Positions 8,167-17,339 of a DNA stretch of 45,870 nt are shown here, in pieces. The translations under genes were made by a program, and so were the position numbers. Below the pieces are notes generated by a model that ran no database searches, was not told where the DNA came from, and worked only from the letters and a program-made list of their open reading frames with translations. Source of the stretch: a virus; IMG/VR virus record IMGVR_UViG_3300012931_000008. One strand, given 5' to 3'. Every line of letters starts with the position of its first letter. Within the stretch, counting starts at the first letter, position 1.

Positions 8167-8167
8167 C

Positions 8168-10195
8168 ATGGCCTTATCGACCACCGTAGGTGTTGAGTTT
8201 ATCGCCCGAAACCGTTCGGCGGCGGGCATTAGTGCCTTCAACAGCAGCCTGGGCACCACCACAATGTATCTTCGCCGTCTGATGACGGCCGCCCTGGCCG
8301 TCGGCGGCGTCTATGGCATCGGCTACATGATCAAGACCGAAATAGAGGCAATGCACACGACAATCAATCTCGCCGACCGTTTAGGCATGAGTACCGAAGC
8401 CCTGACGACCCTGCAGCACGCGGCCAAGATGACGGGCGTCGAGCAGGAACAATTAACCACGTCTCTTGATTTCTTCAATCGCACCCTGGGCGACGCCCAG
8501 AAGGGTTTGCCCTCAGCACAAAAAGCATTCACCGATTGGGGTATATCGTTAAAGGGCATGGCCGGCCTCAATCTGGACGAAAAGATTGGGATCGTCGCCG
8601 ACCAGATCAATAAGTTAGGCAGCGAATCGCAAAAAGCGGCCGCGAGGCAGGATCTTTTCGGCAAGGGCAGCCAAACCTTAGCGGGTTTATTCGCCGAAGG
8701 CAGCAAAGGAATAGCCGCCTACCGTCAGGAAACCGAAAAATTCGGCCTGATTCTCAAAGCTATCGATGCCAGTCAGGTAGAAGCGGCCGAAAAGGCGCTG
8801 ACTCGATTGAATGAGCTTTTTGGCGGCATACGGCGGCAGATAGTGATCGAGCTCGCCCCTTACATCGAGGCCGCCGCAAGCGCCTTTGTTAATTGGGCAA
8901 CCGCCGGCGAAGGCGTCGGGGCGAACGTTTCGCGAGCTTTTGAAATTGCTTCGCTTAGTGTGGTCGAGTTCGCTAATCAATTAGAAGCCATTCCCGCCAG
9001 ATACAATGAAATCATGGCAAGTATGATGCGCTTCAATGCCATGATGGAGAAAACGGCTATAGGAAGAGCTGGCGCGCTCGGGCGAAGAATTGTCGGAGGG
9101 GAAGATCCTGCTAAATTAGCTGCTGAATATGAAGCGAAAGCCGCTGAAGCTCGCGCCAGGGCACAAGCTAACCTTACAGGAGTCGAGCAATTCTACGCCG
9201 ATCTGAGAGCCAAAGCCCAGGAGCGGGCGGCAGCGTTGCCGCGGGAAGGGGCGCTCGACATTTCACCCAGCGCCCTCGAAAAGATTGCGGCAATGAAGCG
9301 ATACATCGCACAAACTAACGCCCCGGCCATGAGCGCCGAAGAAATGCGGGCTGTTGTCGAGCGCACGCGGGAGGCCATCGATTCGATCCGCCATATGGAT
9401 GATCTCACGCGGCAGGAGCGGATCGCCAATCTCAAGGCGTATGCCTCCGCCAACGCGGAAGAATTGGGCAAGGTTGCAGAAGCCAACCGGGCACTCAATG
9501 ATGAGATACTGGCCATCGAGCGGTCTCGCGTCGATGCGATGAAGGTCTATCAGGCCGAGTTGCGCGAGGACATGCAGAATATCAATCTCTACATTTCCGA
9601 GCGTTTCGCCGATACAGCCCGGAATATCGAAGGCTCGCTCTCCAACGCCTTCAACAGTATGATCGCCGACGGCGCCTCGTGGCGGGATGCGATGAGTCAG
9701 TTCTTTATCGACGTCGGGAATGCCTTCTCTCGCATGGCGGCGGACATGGTTGCCCGGGAGGCGGCGGCCCGTATCATCCAGCCGCTGATGGGGGGTTTGA
9801 TGGATATAGTCGGCGGCGGAGCGGGGACTGATATAGGCGGAGGCTATGCCGCCAAGTTGAACGCTGATTTAATAATGGCCGGTGAGGCACATACCGGTGG
9901 GAGAGTAGGGGCCTTGAATGCCCGGCGCTGGGTTGATACCTCGCTCTTCGAGAACGCCCCGCGCTTCCACGATTTGCGTCCGGGCGAGACGGCCGTGATT
10001 GCCCAGGATGATGAGGTGATCTCCCGCCCCGGACGCTCGCGGGCCGGCCAGCCTCCGAGCGTCGTGATCAATAATTACACCGGCCAGAAGTTCGAGAGTC
10101 AGGGTCCCTCCTTCGATGGCGAGCGGTGGGTGGTCGGGATCGTGGCGCAGAACATCAAACAGGGCGGTGGCCTCAAGAAAATGATCAGACGATAA
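8168..10195 (+). CDS. Tail tape measure protein
   Basis: 675 aa and Ala-rich helical. LGMSTEALTTLQHAAKMTGVEQEQL resembles the TP901-type tape measure core. It lies after G/GT. Confidence 0.85.
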   Translation: MALSTTVGVEFIARNRSAAGISAFNSSLGTTTMYLRRLMTAALAVGGVYGIGYMIKTEIEAMHTTINLADRLGMSTEALTTLQHAAKMTGVEQEQLTTSLDFFNRTLGDAQKGLPSAQKAFTDWGISLKGMAGLNLDEKIGIVADQINKLGSESQKAAARQDLFGKGSQTLAGLFAEGSKGIAAYRQETEKFGLILKAIDASQVEAAEKALTRLNELFGGIRRQIVIELAPYIEAAASAFVNWATAGEGVGANVSRAFEIASLSVVEFANQLEAIPARYNEIMASMMRFNAMMEKTAIGRAGALGRRIVGGEDPAKLAAEYEAKAAEARARAQANLTGVEQFYADLRAKAQERAAALPREGALDISPSALEKIAAMKRYIAQTNAPAMSAEEMRAVVERTREAIDSIRHMDDLTRQERIANLKAYASANAEELGKVAEANRALNDEILAIERSRVDAMKVYQAELREDMQNINLYISERFADTARNIEGSLSNAFNSMIADGASWRDAMSQFFIDVGNAFSRMAADMVAREAAARIIQPLMGGLMDIVGGGAGTDIGGGYAAKLNADLIMAGEAHTGGRVGALNARRWVDTSLFENAPRFHDLRPGETAVIAQDDEVISRPGRSRAGQPPSVVINNYTGQKFESQGPSFDGERWVVGIVAQNIKQGGGLKKMIRR

Positions 10196-10196
10196 T

Positions 10197-10661
10197 ATGG
10201 CGACCTTTCCGACATTAACCCGGGCTGTTTCGCATCGCGGATGGCAGGAATCCAAGCTCATCGATCCCACCATCCGGACGGAGTTCGTCTCAGGCGCGAT
10301 TGCGACACGGGCGAGATTCTCAGGGACGGTCCCGGTGCTCTATAAGGTGACCTATCATCATATCTCGCCGGCGGACAAAGTCTCGCTGGAGGCGTTCGAG
10401 GATTCAATCGACGTCGGCACGACCACGTTCAACTGGTATAACATCCTGACGTCCACGATGTGGACCATGCGCCTGCACTCGCCGATCCAGTTCGGCCTGG
10501 AGCCCAACTGCATCGATAAATATTATGCGCAGATCGAAATGTTCGGCTCGGCGGGATCTTCAAGCTCGTCGTCCATTTCGTCCTCATCCTCTTCCTCTTC
10601 CTCGTCGCTTTCGTCATCAAGTTTTTCATCGTCTTCTTCGTCTTCATCATCGAGTGCCTGA
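10197..10661 (+). CDS. Minor tail protein, gpM-like, with a 34-residue C-terminal tail (30 Ser)
   Basis: Lies after the tape measure gene. LEAFEDSIDVGTTTFNWYN parallels lambda M (LESFLEEHGGWKSFLWTPP). Confidence 0.55.
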   Translation: MATFPTLTRAVSHRGWQESKLIDPTIRTEFVSGAIATRARFSGTVPVLYKVTYHHISPADKVSLEAFEDSIDVGTTTFNWYNILTSTMWTMRLHSPIQFGLEPNCIDKYYAQIEMFGSAGSSSSSSISSSSSSSSSSLSSSSFSSSSSSSSSSA

Positions 10662-11290
10662 TGCCCGAATCAATTGATAAATACATCGCGATCGAAAAGA
10701 ACAAGCTCGCCGGCGGCGGGGCCTGGCTGTGGCTTCTGGACATAGATATTGAAGGCGAGGAAACGCTGCACTTTGTCAACAACATCGAGAACGTCACCTA
10801 CAGGGGCACGGTGTATTATAAATGCAATTTTCAGATGGCCGCCTACGACAAGTCCGAGCCCGGGCGGCTCTCGGAGGTCGAGCTCAGTATCAGTAACGCC
10901 GACCTGGTCGCTTATGTCCTGCCCTACGTCAATCAGTACGATGGTCTCGTCGGGGCGGCAATCGCACGAACGCCGGTCAACTCGAAGTACCTCGATATCG
11001 ATATGTCCTCCAAATCTGAGGAGTTCATCGTCATGGGCTGCTCGGCGGGCGAGGAATGGATCGCCTTCACTTTAGGCGCCCCCAGCCCGCTGAACAGGAA
11101 GTTTCCGGAGAAACGGTTTTTCGGCGCCTATTGCCGTTACGTCGGCAAGTTCAAGGGCATCGAGTGCGGCTACACCGGCGCCGAGACGGTGTGCAACGGC
11201 ACGCCCGAGGACTGTGAAGACAACAAATCGAATTTGGAGCGCTTCGGCGGCCAGCCGGGCCTGCGGAGCAAAACGGTGAGGTTTGCCTGA
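10661..11290 (+). CDS. Minor tail protein, gpL-like
   Basis: WLWLLDIDIEGE..LHFVNN, the CRYVGKFKGIECGYTG Cys motif and ERFGGQPGL parallel lambda L. Confidence 0.75.
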   Translation: MPESIDKYIAIEKNKLAGGGAWLWLLDIDIEGEETLHFVNNIENVTYRGTVYYKCNFQMAAYDKSEPGRLSEVELSISNADLVAYVLPYVNQYDGLVGAAIARTPVNSKYLDIDMSSKSEEFIVMGCSAGEEWIAFTLGAPSPLNRKFPEKRFFGAYCRYVGKFKGIECGYTGAETVCNGTPEDCEDNKSNLERFGGQPGLRSKTVRFA

Positions 11291-11715
11291 TGGATGTCCC
11301 CCGCGTTAAAGCCAAGCTCGATCTGAAAGACTTGATCGGACGGCCCTACAAGGCCGGCGGCCGGGGCCCGGCGGACTACGACTGCTGGGGCCTGTGCATG
11401 AGCATCGCCGAAAAGACCGGCGGCCGCCTGCCCGATCTGGATATTCCCCAGGACAATGACACGCGAGCTGAATTGGTCAACCGCCAGCAGGCGGGCCATT
11501 TCAAGAGGCTCGATGTCCCCGCCGCCGGGTGCCTGGTGCTCTTTCGGATCATCGATGACGCGGGCGCCATTAAATGGCATGTGGGCACCGTCCTGCCGGA
11601 TGCCCATCACTTTATCCACACGACCGAAAAGATGGGCGTCAATATCGCTGCCCTGGACCGCCAGCCCTGGAAACTGTTTGTCGAGGGCTTTTACATTTAT
11701 CAGCCCACGCCATGA
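11290..11715 (+). CDS. Tail tip protein, gpK-like, NlpC/P60 peptidase domain
   Basis: YDCWGL (catalytic Cys) and HVGTVL..HHFIHT (His residues). It sits in the gpK position. Confidence 0.7.
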   Translation: MDVPRVKAKLDLKDLIGRPYKAGGRGPADYDCWGLCMSIAEKTGGRLPDLDIPQDNDTRAELVNRQQAGHFKRLDVPAAGCLVLFRIIDDAGAIKWHVGTVLPDAHHFIHTTEKMGVNIAALDRQPWKLFVEGFYIYQPTP

Positions 11716-13925
11716 ATAAAGAATTGAAGATCATCGTTGTTCGCAATCCTTTGGACGTCCAGAGGGACCGGCTCATTGTCTCGGCGCCGTTCGCCGGCCA
11801 GGACCTCCGTGACATCCTGGCCCAGTACGCCGCCGATCTGGAGTGCGTCATCGTCCGGATCAACGGCGTCAAGCTGCCGGCCGTCGAGAAGGACCACTAC
11901 AATCAGACGCTTCGGCCGGGCGATGAGGTCCTTATCCTGCCCGCGGTCCATGATCCGGTCAGCGCCACCATTGCCGTCGTTGCCTGGTTGGGTGCAGCCG
12001 CCGTCGCTGCCGCACCATATCTCATATCCGCCGCCATCAACATCGGGATATCCATTGGGATCGCCTACCTGATCCGGGCCATCGGAGGCTCGCCTGATGA
12101 CGCGGACGTGGACAGCACCCCGTCCTATGGCTGGTCGCCCATTACGATTCAGAGGCAGGGCACGCCGGTCCCCAGGGCCTACGGCACCAACAAACAGCAC
12201 GGCAACATCATCGCCGGCTGGCGCTCGCCCTCCGGCGCCGATGAGACCCTGAGCCTGCTGTTGGCGTTCAACGAGGGACCCGACAGCGGCATCGTCCCCG
12301 ATACGATCTATGTGAACGGCCAGCCCATAGACAATTACGACTCGGTGATCACCTATGAGCGCAAAGGGCTGATGGAGCAATCCGCCATCTTTAGCGCGCT
12401 CAAATGCGAATATCAGCCGGAGCTGGAGGTGATTCACACCTCCGATGCTGGCGGTCCGGTCATCTGGACGACGCCGGACAACGATTTCAACTCGCTGGAG
12501 ATCGCCGTCAAGTACAGCGGTCACTATGTTCACCAGGATGGAGGAACCGAAACCCAAACCGTGGGTGTAAAGATCGAGATATCCGAGCACGGCGCCGAGG
12601 ATTGGTATACCCTGGCCAACGAGCTGCTGAACTGCGCCACGACGCCGCTGCAGAAGAACTACCTCTCGACCGGCACCTACACCGGTGGCGCCGCTGTTGC
12701 GATCACTAAGGGCACCCGCTGCGATATCCGGATCACCAAGACCAACGCCGGGCGGATCTGGGACGCGAATCGAAAGAGCCGGTATCTTTATCTCTCGACC
12801 GTCCGTGAGGTCATCGCCACGGCCTTCGAGTATCCGGGCTTGTCGCTGTTGGGGATATCGGCTATCGCCACCGAAGACCTCAGCGGGGCGATGGAGGTCT
12901 CCTGTATCCGCAAGGGCCGCATCGTCAACGTCTATAACGGCTCGATCTGGACGCTGCAATGGTCGGATAATCCCGCCTGGGTGATCTGGGATATCTTGAC
13001 CCGGCCGGTGATCTCGGGCGATGGCGGCGGCACCCCATACGCCATTGAGCGGTACGATGGCATCGATCCGGCCCGGCTGACGGCTTATCTCGATGAGTGG
13101 TATGAGGCGGCCGAATATTTCGATGATTCCATTTCGGACGGCAAAGGGGGCTACGAAAAACGCATCATCTTCAACGGCGTCTTCGACTTTCAAACCACCA
13201 TCTGGGACGCCGTGGATAAAGTCTGCGCGATAGCCCGCTGTGAGGTGCTGCGGATCGGCCGCAATTATACGATCTTAGTCGATAAGCCGGACGCCTCGAC
13301 CCCGGTCCAGTTGTTCAGCGCCGGCAATATCAAGCCGGGTACGTTTCGCCGCAACTACATCGACCTCAATGACCGGGCCGGTGAACTGGAAATAGACTAT
13401 CAGGATTTAGACCTCGACTACGAGATGACCCCGATGCTCCACGTGGACCAGGCCATCGATAGTCACGCGGTCAAGACCATCGAAGGATTCGGGATCACGC
13501 GGGCCTCGCAGGCCTGGCGGGCGATCTATTATGAGCTCGCCAAAAACCGAATCCTCAAGTACATGGTCGAGTTCGAGGCGGACATCGACGCCATCGCGTG
13601 CAAAAAAGGCGATATCGTGTTGGTGGTCGAGCCCTGGCGATTGGGCGGCCGCGTGGTCGCCAGCACCGCCGCCAACAAGGTGACGCTCGACGTGGCGCCG
13701 GCGCTCAGCGCCGCCGATACGATTGCCGTGCGGGTCAATCACCCCGATACGGGCGCTGAGACGGTCGAGACGCACACGGTCGCCTCCGTCGCCGGGGCGG
13801 TCGTGACGATCGCCGACACCTGGACGGTGAGGCCGAAAAAGGACGATCTCTACGCCTTCGGCCCGACGGCAACCATCCTGAAGAAATTCCGCGTGGTCGG
13901 GATCGTCGAGGGTTCGGAACTATGA
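11712..13925 (+). CDS. gpI-like tail assembly domain fused to a gpJ-like central tail fibre (N-terminal two thirds of J)
   Basis: A ubiquitin-like N-terminus is followed by a Gly/Ala hydrophobic segment. QGTPVPRAYG and NPAWVIWDILTRP (lambda J: NNMAWCLWDMLTHP) are present. It ends ...KKFRVVGIVEGSEL, inside the J motif LFRCVSIRENDDGTYAI. Confidence 0.8.
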   Translation: MNKELKIIVVRNPLDVQRDRLIVSAPFAGQDLRDILAQYAADLECVIVRINGVKLPAVEKDHYNQTLRPGDEVLILPAVHDPVSATIAVVAWLGAAAVAAAPYLISAAINIGISIGIAYLIRAIGGSPDDADVDSTPSYGWSPITIQRQGTPVPRAYGTNKQHGNIIAGWRSPSGADETLSLLLAFNEGPDSGIVPDTIYVNGQPIDNYDSVITYERKGLMEQSAIFSALKCEYQPELEVIHTSDAGGPVIWTTPDNDFNSLEIAVKYSGHYVHQDGGTETQTVGVKIEISEHGAEDWYTLANELLNCATTPLQKNYLSTGTYTGGAAVAITKGTRCDIRITKTNAGRIWDANRKSRYLYLSTVREVIATAFEYPGLSLLGISAIATEDLSGAMEVSCIRKGRIVNVYNGSIWTLQWSDNPAWVIWDILTRPVISGDGGGTPYAIERYDGIDPARLTAYLDEWYEAAEYFDDSISDGKGGYEKRIIFNGVFDFQTTIWDAVDKVCAIARCEVLRIGRNYTILVDKPDASTPVQLFSAGNIKPGTFRRNYIDLNDRAGELEIDYQDLDLDYEMTPMLHVDQAIDSHAVKTIEGFGITRASQAWRAIYYELAKNRILKYMVEFEADIDAIACKKGDIVLVVEPWRLGGRVVASTAANKVTLDVAPALSAADTIAVRVNHPDTGAETVETHTVASVAGAVVTIADTWTVRPKKDDLYAFGPTATILKKFRVVGIVEGSEL

Positions 13926-14185
13926 GCCGCAAGATTGTTCTGATCGAATACGACGAGGATATTTACGATGGCGATGATATGGAGCCGAACATCCAGGATC
14001 CCAATTTCTACAATGCCGACCAGGGCGGCGAGACGGCCGCCGCGGCCGCCGAGGCGCTCGAAAGCGAGCGCGTGGACGCCAAGATCGAGGTTCAGCTCTC
14101 GGACCTGCACAGTTACCTGATTGGAATATCGAGCAGCAGCTCCTCGAGTTCTTCAAGCAGCAGTTCCTCAAGTTCCGGGGCCTGA
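13922..14185 (+). CDS. 87-aa tail-tip protein: J-completing adaptor plus an Ala/Glu helix, ending in 16 Ser then GA
   Basis: ATGA overlap with J. The N-terminus SRKIVLIEYDEDIYDGDDMEP continues the J motif (TYAITAVQHVPEKEAIVD) and is duplicated at 14187. Confidence 0.6.
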   Translation: MSRKIVLIEYDEDIYDGDDMEPNIQDPNFYNADQGGETAAAAAEALESERVDAKIEVQLSDLHSYLIGISSSSSSSSSSSSSSSSGA

Positions 14186-14186
14186 T

Positions 14187-15713
14187 ATGCCGCGAAAACT
14201 TACACTAATCGAGTACGATGAAAACGTCTATGACGGCGACGACATGGAGCCCGCCATCCAGTTCAGGGACGCTGTGCCCTCCGTGACGGGTCAGAAACGC
14301 CAGGAGATCACGGATAAAGAATTAGAGACCGTCGATAACGTAGAGATTGCCCAGCGCATCGAGGACATGCGGGTCTATGCCCGGTACATATCGAGCTCAT
14401 CGAGCGCCAGCTCCTCGAGCGCGACGCCCAGCGAGGAGCTCTTCGAGCATCATGAGACCGGCGGCGATTCGTCTTACACCATCGGCCAGACCGGTTACGC
14501 CAATATCCTCGCCCAGACCTTCACGCCGGATATCGCCCACCGGATCAGCCGGGTCGAGTTAGAACTCTTCGATCAGCAGGGCAACGGCCTGACGGGTGAC
14601 ATAACCATCGAGATCAAGGCGACCGACGTCAATGGCCTGCCGACGGGATCGGCCCTGGCCAGCGGCACGATTGACTCAGCGGATCTCAATCCGGGCCACT
14701 ACTCTGACGTCTATAACGACATCTACCGATCAGGCACAGGAGGAACAAATTATCTGTATGAGGTCTGTTTTTCCCAGGATGGCCTGCACATGTACTCCAT
14801 CAGTTATAAGAGTAGCTGGGGTGCTTACGGCATTCATCATTATATTCTGTCCGTGGCCTGGGATATCACAACAGCCTCATTGTCCGAATCTCATGAGCTG
14901 GATGACTGGGGACATGGTTCGTATTACTTTTTCGCGTTCGATTATAGGGGAATTTTCCTCAAACCAGATGGTACGAGAATATACATCGTGGGCAATCATA
15001 CCGAATACGGAAGTTTCATTTGGCGGATAGATCTTGATGTACCTTATTATATAAGCTCGGCGACTCCTTTCATCTCAGAAGATTTATTTGCCACCGCACA
15101 ACAACATTCCTGCTGGTTTAACGATGATGGGACCCGACTCTTCACGGCGGATAATTTAAACGATGCCGTTTTTCAATACAATTTGTCCACACCCTGGGAT
15201 ATCACCAGTTTTTCATCGACGCCCAGTCAGAGTACGAGCGTTTCAGCCTATACCAATAATACTCGCGGCGTTGCCTTCAGTGCCGATGGTCTGAAGATGC
15301 AGGTTATCGATGCTCAGTACCACAAGATACTCTTCTGGAATCTATCGACGGCCTTCAATCTATCGGGTGAATCAAAGGATTCCTACGAAATGGACATCTC
15401 CGGCATCATGACAACGCCGAGCGGATGCTATACGAAAGGCAATGGGAATACCTTCTTTGTTTGCGACGGCAGTTTGTCTGCCCTGACAGTCTATCGTTTC
15501 GATCTGCCCGCCCTGCACGGCGACTGGCATGAGGCGGACTTGGGGCTGGGCGACGAACTCGCCGCCGCGACCCAATATGCCCTGTGCGCCAGCTACGCGA
15601 ATTACGAGGAAGGCGTTAGCGAGCCGGAGTGGGTCAACAACGCCGATGGCGACGATAACTACCCGGCCGGAACGCTGCTGCGGTATGACGGCAGCAACTG
15701 GTACGACTCCTGA
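14187..15713 (+). CDS. Tail fibre / receptor-binding protein: duplicated J-adaptor, short Ser tract, beta-propeller-like repeats
   Basis: The N-terminus is MPRKLTLIEYDENVYDGDDMEP, followed by SSSSSASSSS. Five repeats of F(S/N/K)xDG(T/L)(R/K/H)(M/I/L) and xWDIT follow. The segment is AT-richer than its neighbours. Confidence 0.6.
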   Translation: MPRKLTLIEYDENVYDGDDMEPAIQFRDAVPSVTGQKRQEITDKELETVDNVEIAQRIEDMRVYARYISSSSSASSSSATPSEELFEHHETGGDSSYTIGQTGYANILAQTFTPDIAHRISRVELELFDQQGNGLTGDITIEIKATDVNGLPTGSALASGTIDSADLNPGHYSDVYNDIYRSGTGGTNYLYEVCFSQDGLHMYSISYKSSWGAYGIHHYILSVAWDITTASLSESHELDDWGHGSYYFFAFDYRGIFLKPDGTRIYIVGNHTEYGSFIWRIDLDVPYYISSATPFISEDLFATAQQHSCWFNDDGTRLFTADNLNDAVFQYNLSTPWDITSFSSTPSQSTSVSAYTNNTRGVAFSADGLKMQVIDAQYHKILFWNLSTAFNLSGESKDSYEMDISGIMTTPSGCYTKGNGNTFFVCDGSLSALTVYRFDLPALHGDWHEADLGLGDELAAATQYALCASYANYEEGVSEPEWVNNADGDDNYPAGTLLRYDGSNWYDS

Positions 15714-15724
15714 GATTTGAGATT

Positions 15725-16435
15725 ATGGGTGAACAGCTTTACACACCGGGTCAATCAGGCAACTGGCAAGCGCCCTTTGCCGGCGAATGTCTCGTCGAAT
15801 GCTGGGGCGGCGGCGGCACGGGCGGCGGCGGGGCCAACGGCAACGGCACGGGCGGCGGCGGCGGCGCGGGAGGTCAATATGCAAAGAAGACCGTCACCGT
15901 CGTTAAGGGCCAGAACTATTACTATACCGTCGCGGCCGACCGGGCCGGGGTTGGCAAGGGCATCAACGGCAACGCGGGCTATACTACCTCTTTCGGTCCG
16001 ATTGCGAGTCCTTTGGTCCGTGCGATGGGCGGCGCGGGCGGCTTGGCCTACGATAACGGAGGTACAGGCGGCGCTGGCTCGACCACTAACGGCATCGGCG
16101 ATACGGTCTATGCCGGCGGCAATGGAGCGGATTCGGGCGTCGATTACGGAGGCGGCGGAGGCGGCGGAGCGGGTTCCACCGGCGCCGGCAATAGCGGCTC
16201 CGGTTCGACGGGCGGGACGGCCAAAGCAGATAACGGCGGCGCCGGCGGCAACGGATATTCCGGCAGCACGGGCGATGGCTCTCCAGGGGGTGATTACGGC
16301 GGCGGCGGAGGAGGGTCCACCAAGGCCGGGACCAGCGGCGGCGGCAACGGCGGGTATATGAAGATCACATGGGAAAACATCGCCGGCAGCAAATACGATT
16401 TGAATTTCCGAGAGTATGGCTATCGATTGGAGTAA
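15725..16435 (+). CDS. Glycine-rich tail-fibre-like protein
   Basis: ECWGGGGTGGGG...GGQYAKKTVTVVKGQNYYYTV is typical of the glycine-rich domain found in phage fibre proteins. Confidence 0.55.
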   Translation: MGEQLYTPGQSGNWQAPFAGECLVECWGGGGTGGGGANGNGTGGGGGAGGQYAKKTVTVVKGQNYYYTVAADRAGVGKGINGNAGYTTSFGPIASPLVRAMGGAGGLAYDNGGTGGAGSTTNGIGDTVYAGGNGADSGVDYGGGGGGGAGSTGAGNSGSGSTGGTAKADNGGAGGNGYSGSTGDGSPGGDYGGGGGGSTKAGTSGGGNGGYMKITWENIAGSKYDLNFREYGYRLE

Positions 16436-16438
16436 CGC

Positions 16439-16711
16439 ATGGACGTGAAGATTCTCATCACTGTGGCGGCCATTGTGGTCCCGATTATCGTGGGGCTTTT
16501 CTGGGGTCTCTATAGTCACAGCTCCAATACGGATCGTCATCCGGCCAAGAAGGACCTCGTCTTCAAAGACGTCTGCGAACCCAAGATGAAAGGCTTAGAG
16601 GATTGCATCGAGGCGAAATTGGATGGCTTTGAAAAATTGATGAAGCAGCATTTTGACAATCTCGAAAAACTGATTCGCAGCAACGGCGGACCGCCCCGCG
16701 TGCAAACCTGA
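16439..16711 (+). CDS. Small membrane protein (one N-terminal TM helix plus a coiled coil)
   Basis: The TM segment is ILITVAAIVVPIIVGLFWGLY. Function unknown. Confidence 0.5.
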   Translation: MDVKILITVAAIVVPIIVGLFWGLYSHSSNTDRHPAKKDLVFKDVCEPKMKGLEDCIEAKLDGFEKLMKQHFDNLEKLIRSNGGPPRVQT

Positions 16712-16724
16712 AAGATTGAATTCT

Positions 16725-17339
16725 ATGACTGAATCCCAGCCTCAATTTCCCGACCTCGAGACCTGGCGGCGGACAGTCGTCAAGCCGGGCGATCTGCCTC
16801 AATATCTGAGACAGGATTTCTACGATTATTACAAGAGCAAATTCGAGATTGCCCTATCCGCCCGGCCCCAAGTCATCTGTGAGATCGGGGTGCGGTGGGG
16901 CTATTCGGCCTTCAGCTTTTTGTGTGCAGCCTCTGCGGCCCATTATACGGGATTCGATATTGTGGACGGCACGCACGGTGGGGCCCGAGGGCTGGATACA
17001 TTCGATTATGTAAGGACTATGCTCAGCGGCCATTTCCCACAGGCCGTCATCGATCTTCGCCATGAGGATACCCGCAAGCTTCGCGACTTAGGCGGGCCTT
17101 ACGACTTGGTCCACGTGGACGGCGATCACAGCGAGGACGCCGCCTCTCACGATATCTGGATGGCCCTCCGGGCCTGCCGTCCGGGCGGGATGGTCCTGGT
17201 CGATGACTACAACTATATCGCCGGGGTGACAAGGGCGGCGGATTACATCCTGTCCGGCGCGCCCGAGCAGATAGCCCGCCATTGGACGCAGGATTCGCTG
17301 CGAGGTGAATTGATTCTAATCAAAGGGGATCCGAAATGA
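16725..17339 (+). CDS. Class I SAM-dependent methyltransferase 1 (Methyltransf_24 / sugar O-MT-like)
   Basis: VICEIGVRWGYS (SAM motif I) and DLVHVDGDHS..GGMVLVDDY. The first ATG is at 16725 and the ORF opens at TTG 16716. Confidence 0.7.
   Translation: MTESQPQFPDLETWRRTVVKPGDLPQYLRQDFYDYYKSKFEIALSARPQVICEIGVRWGYSAFSFLCAASAAHYTGFDIVDGTHGGARGLDTFDYVRTMLSGHFPQAVIDLRHEDTRKLRDLGGPYDLVHVDGDHSEDAASHDIWMALRACRPGGMVLVDDYNYIAGVTRAADYILSGAPEQIARHWTQDSLRGELILIKGDPK

Noticed and set aside
8114-8167. Upstream extension of the tape measure ORF (start at 8114)
   Set aside because: The extension overlaps the G-T frameshift product. ATG 8168 lies 1 nt after the G-T stop, which fits the tight coupling seen throughout the operon.
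15717-16540. Overlapping Ala/Arg-rich ORFs (15717..16361 + and 15755..16540 -) across the glycine-rich gene
   Set aside because: They are shadow frames of GGC-rich Gly codons. Frame 15725..16435 gives a recognisable glycine-rich fibre-like protein and fits the operon spacing.
16439-16711. Calling the small TM protein a holin, and the gpK-like NlpC/P60 domain an endolysin, to complete a lysis cassette
   Set aside because: The position is inside the fibre/glycan block, with no adjacent muralytic gene. NlpC/P60 in the gpK position is a tail-tip component in lambda-like phages. The lysis genes remain unidentified.
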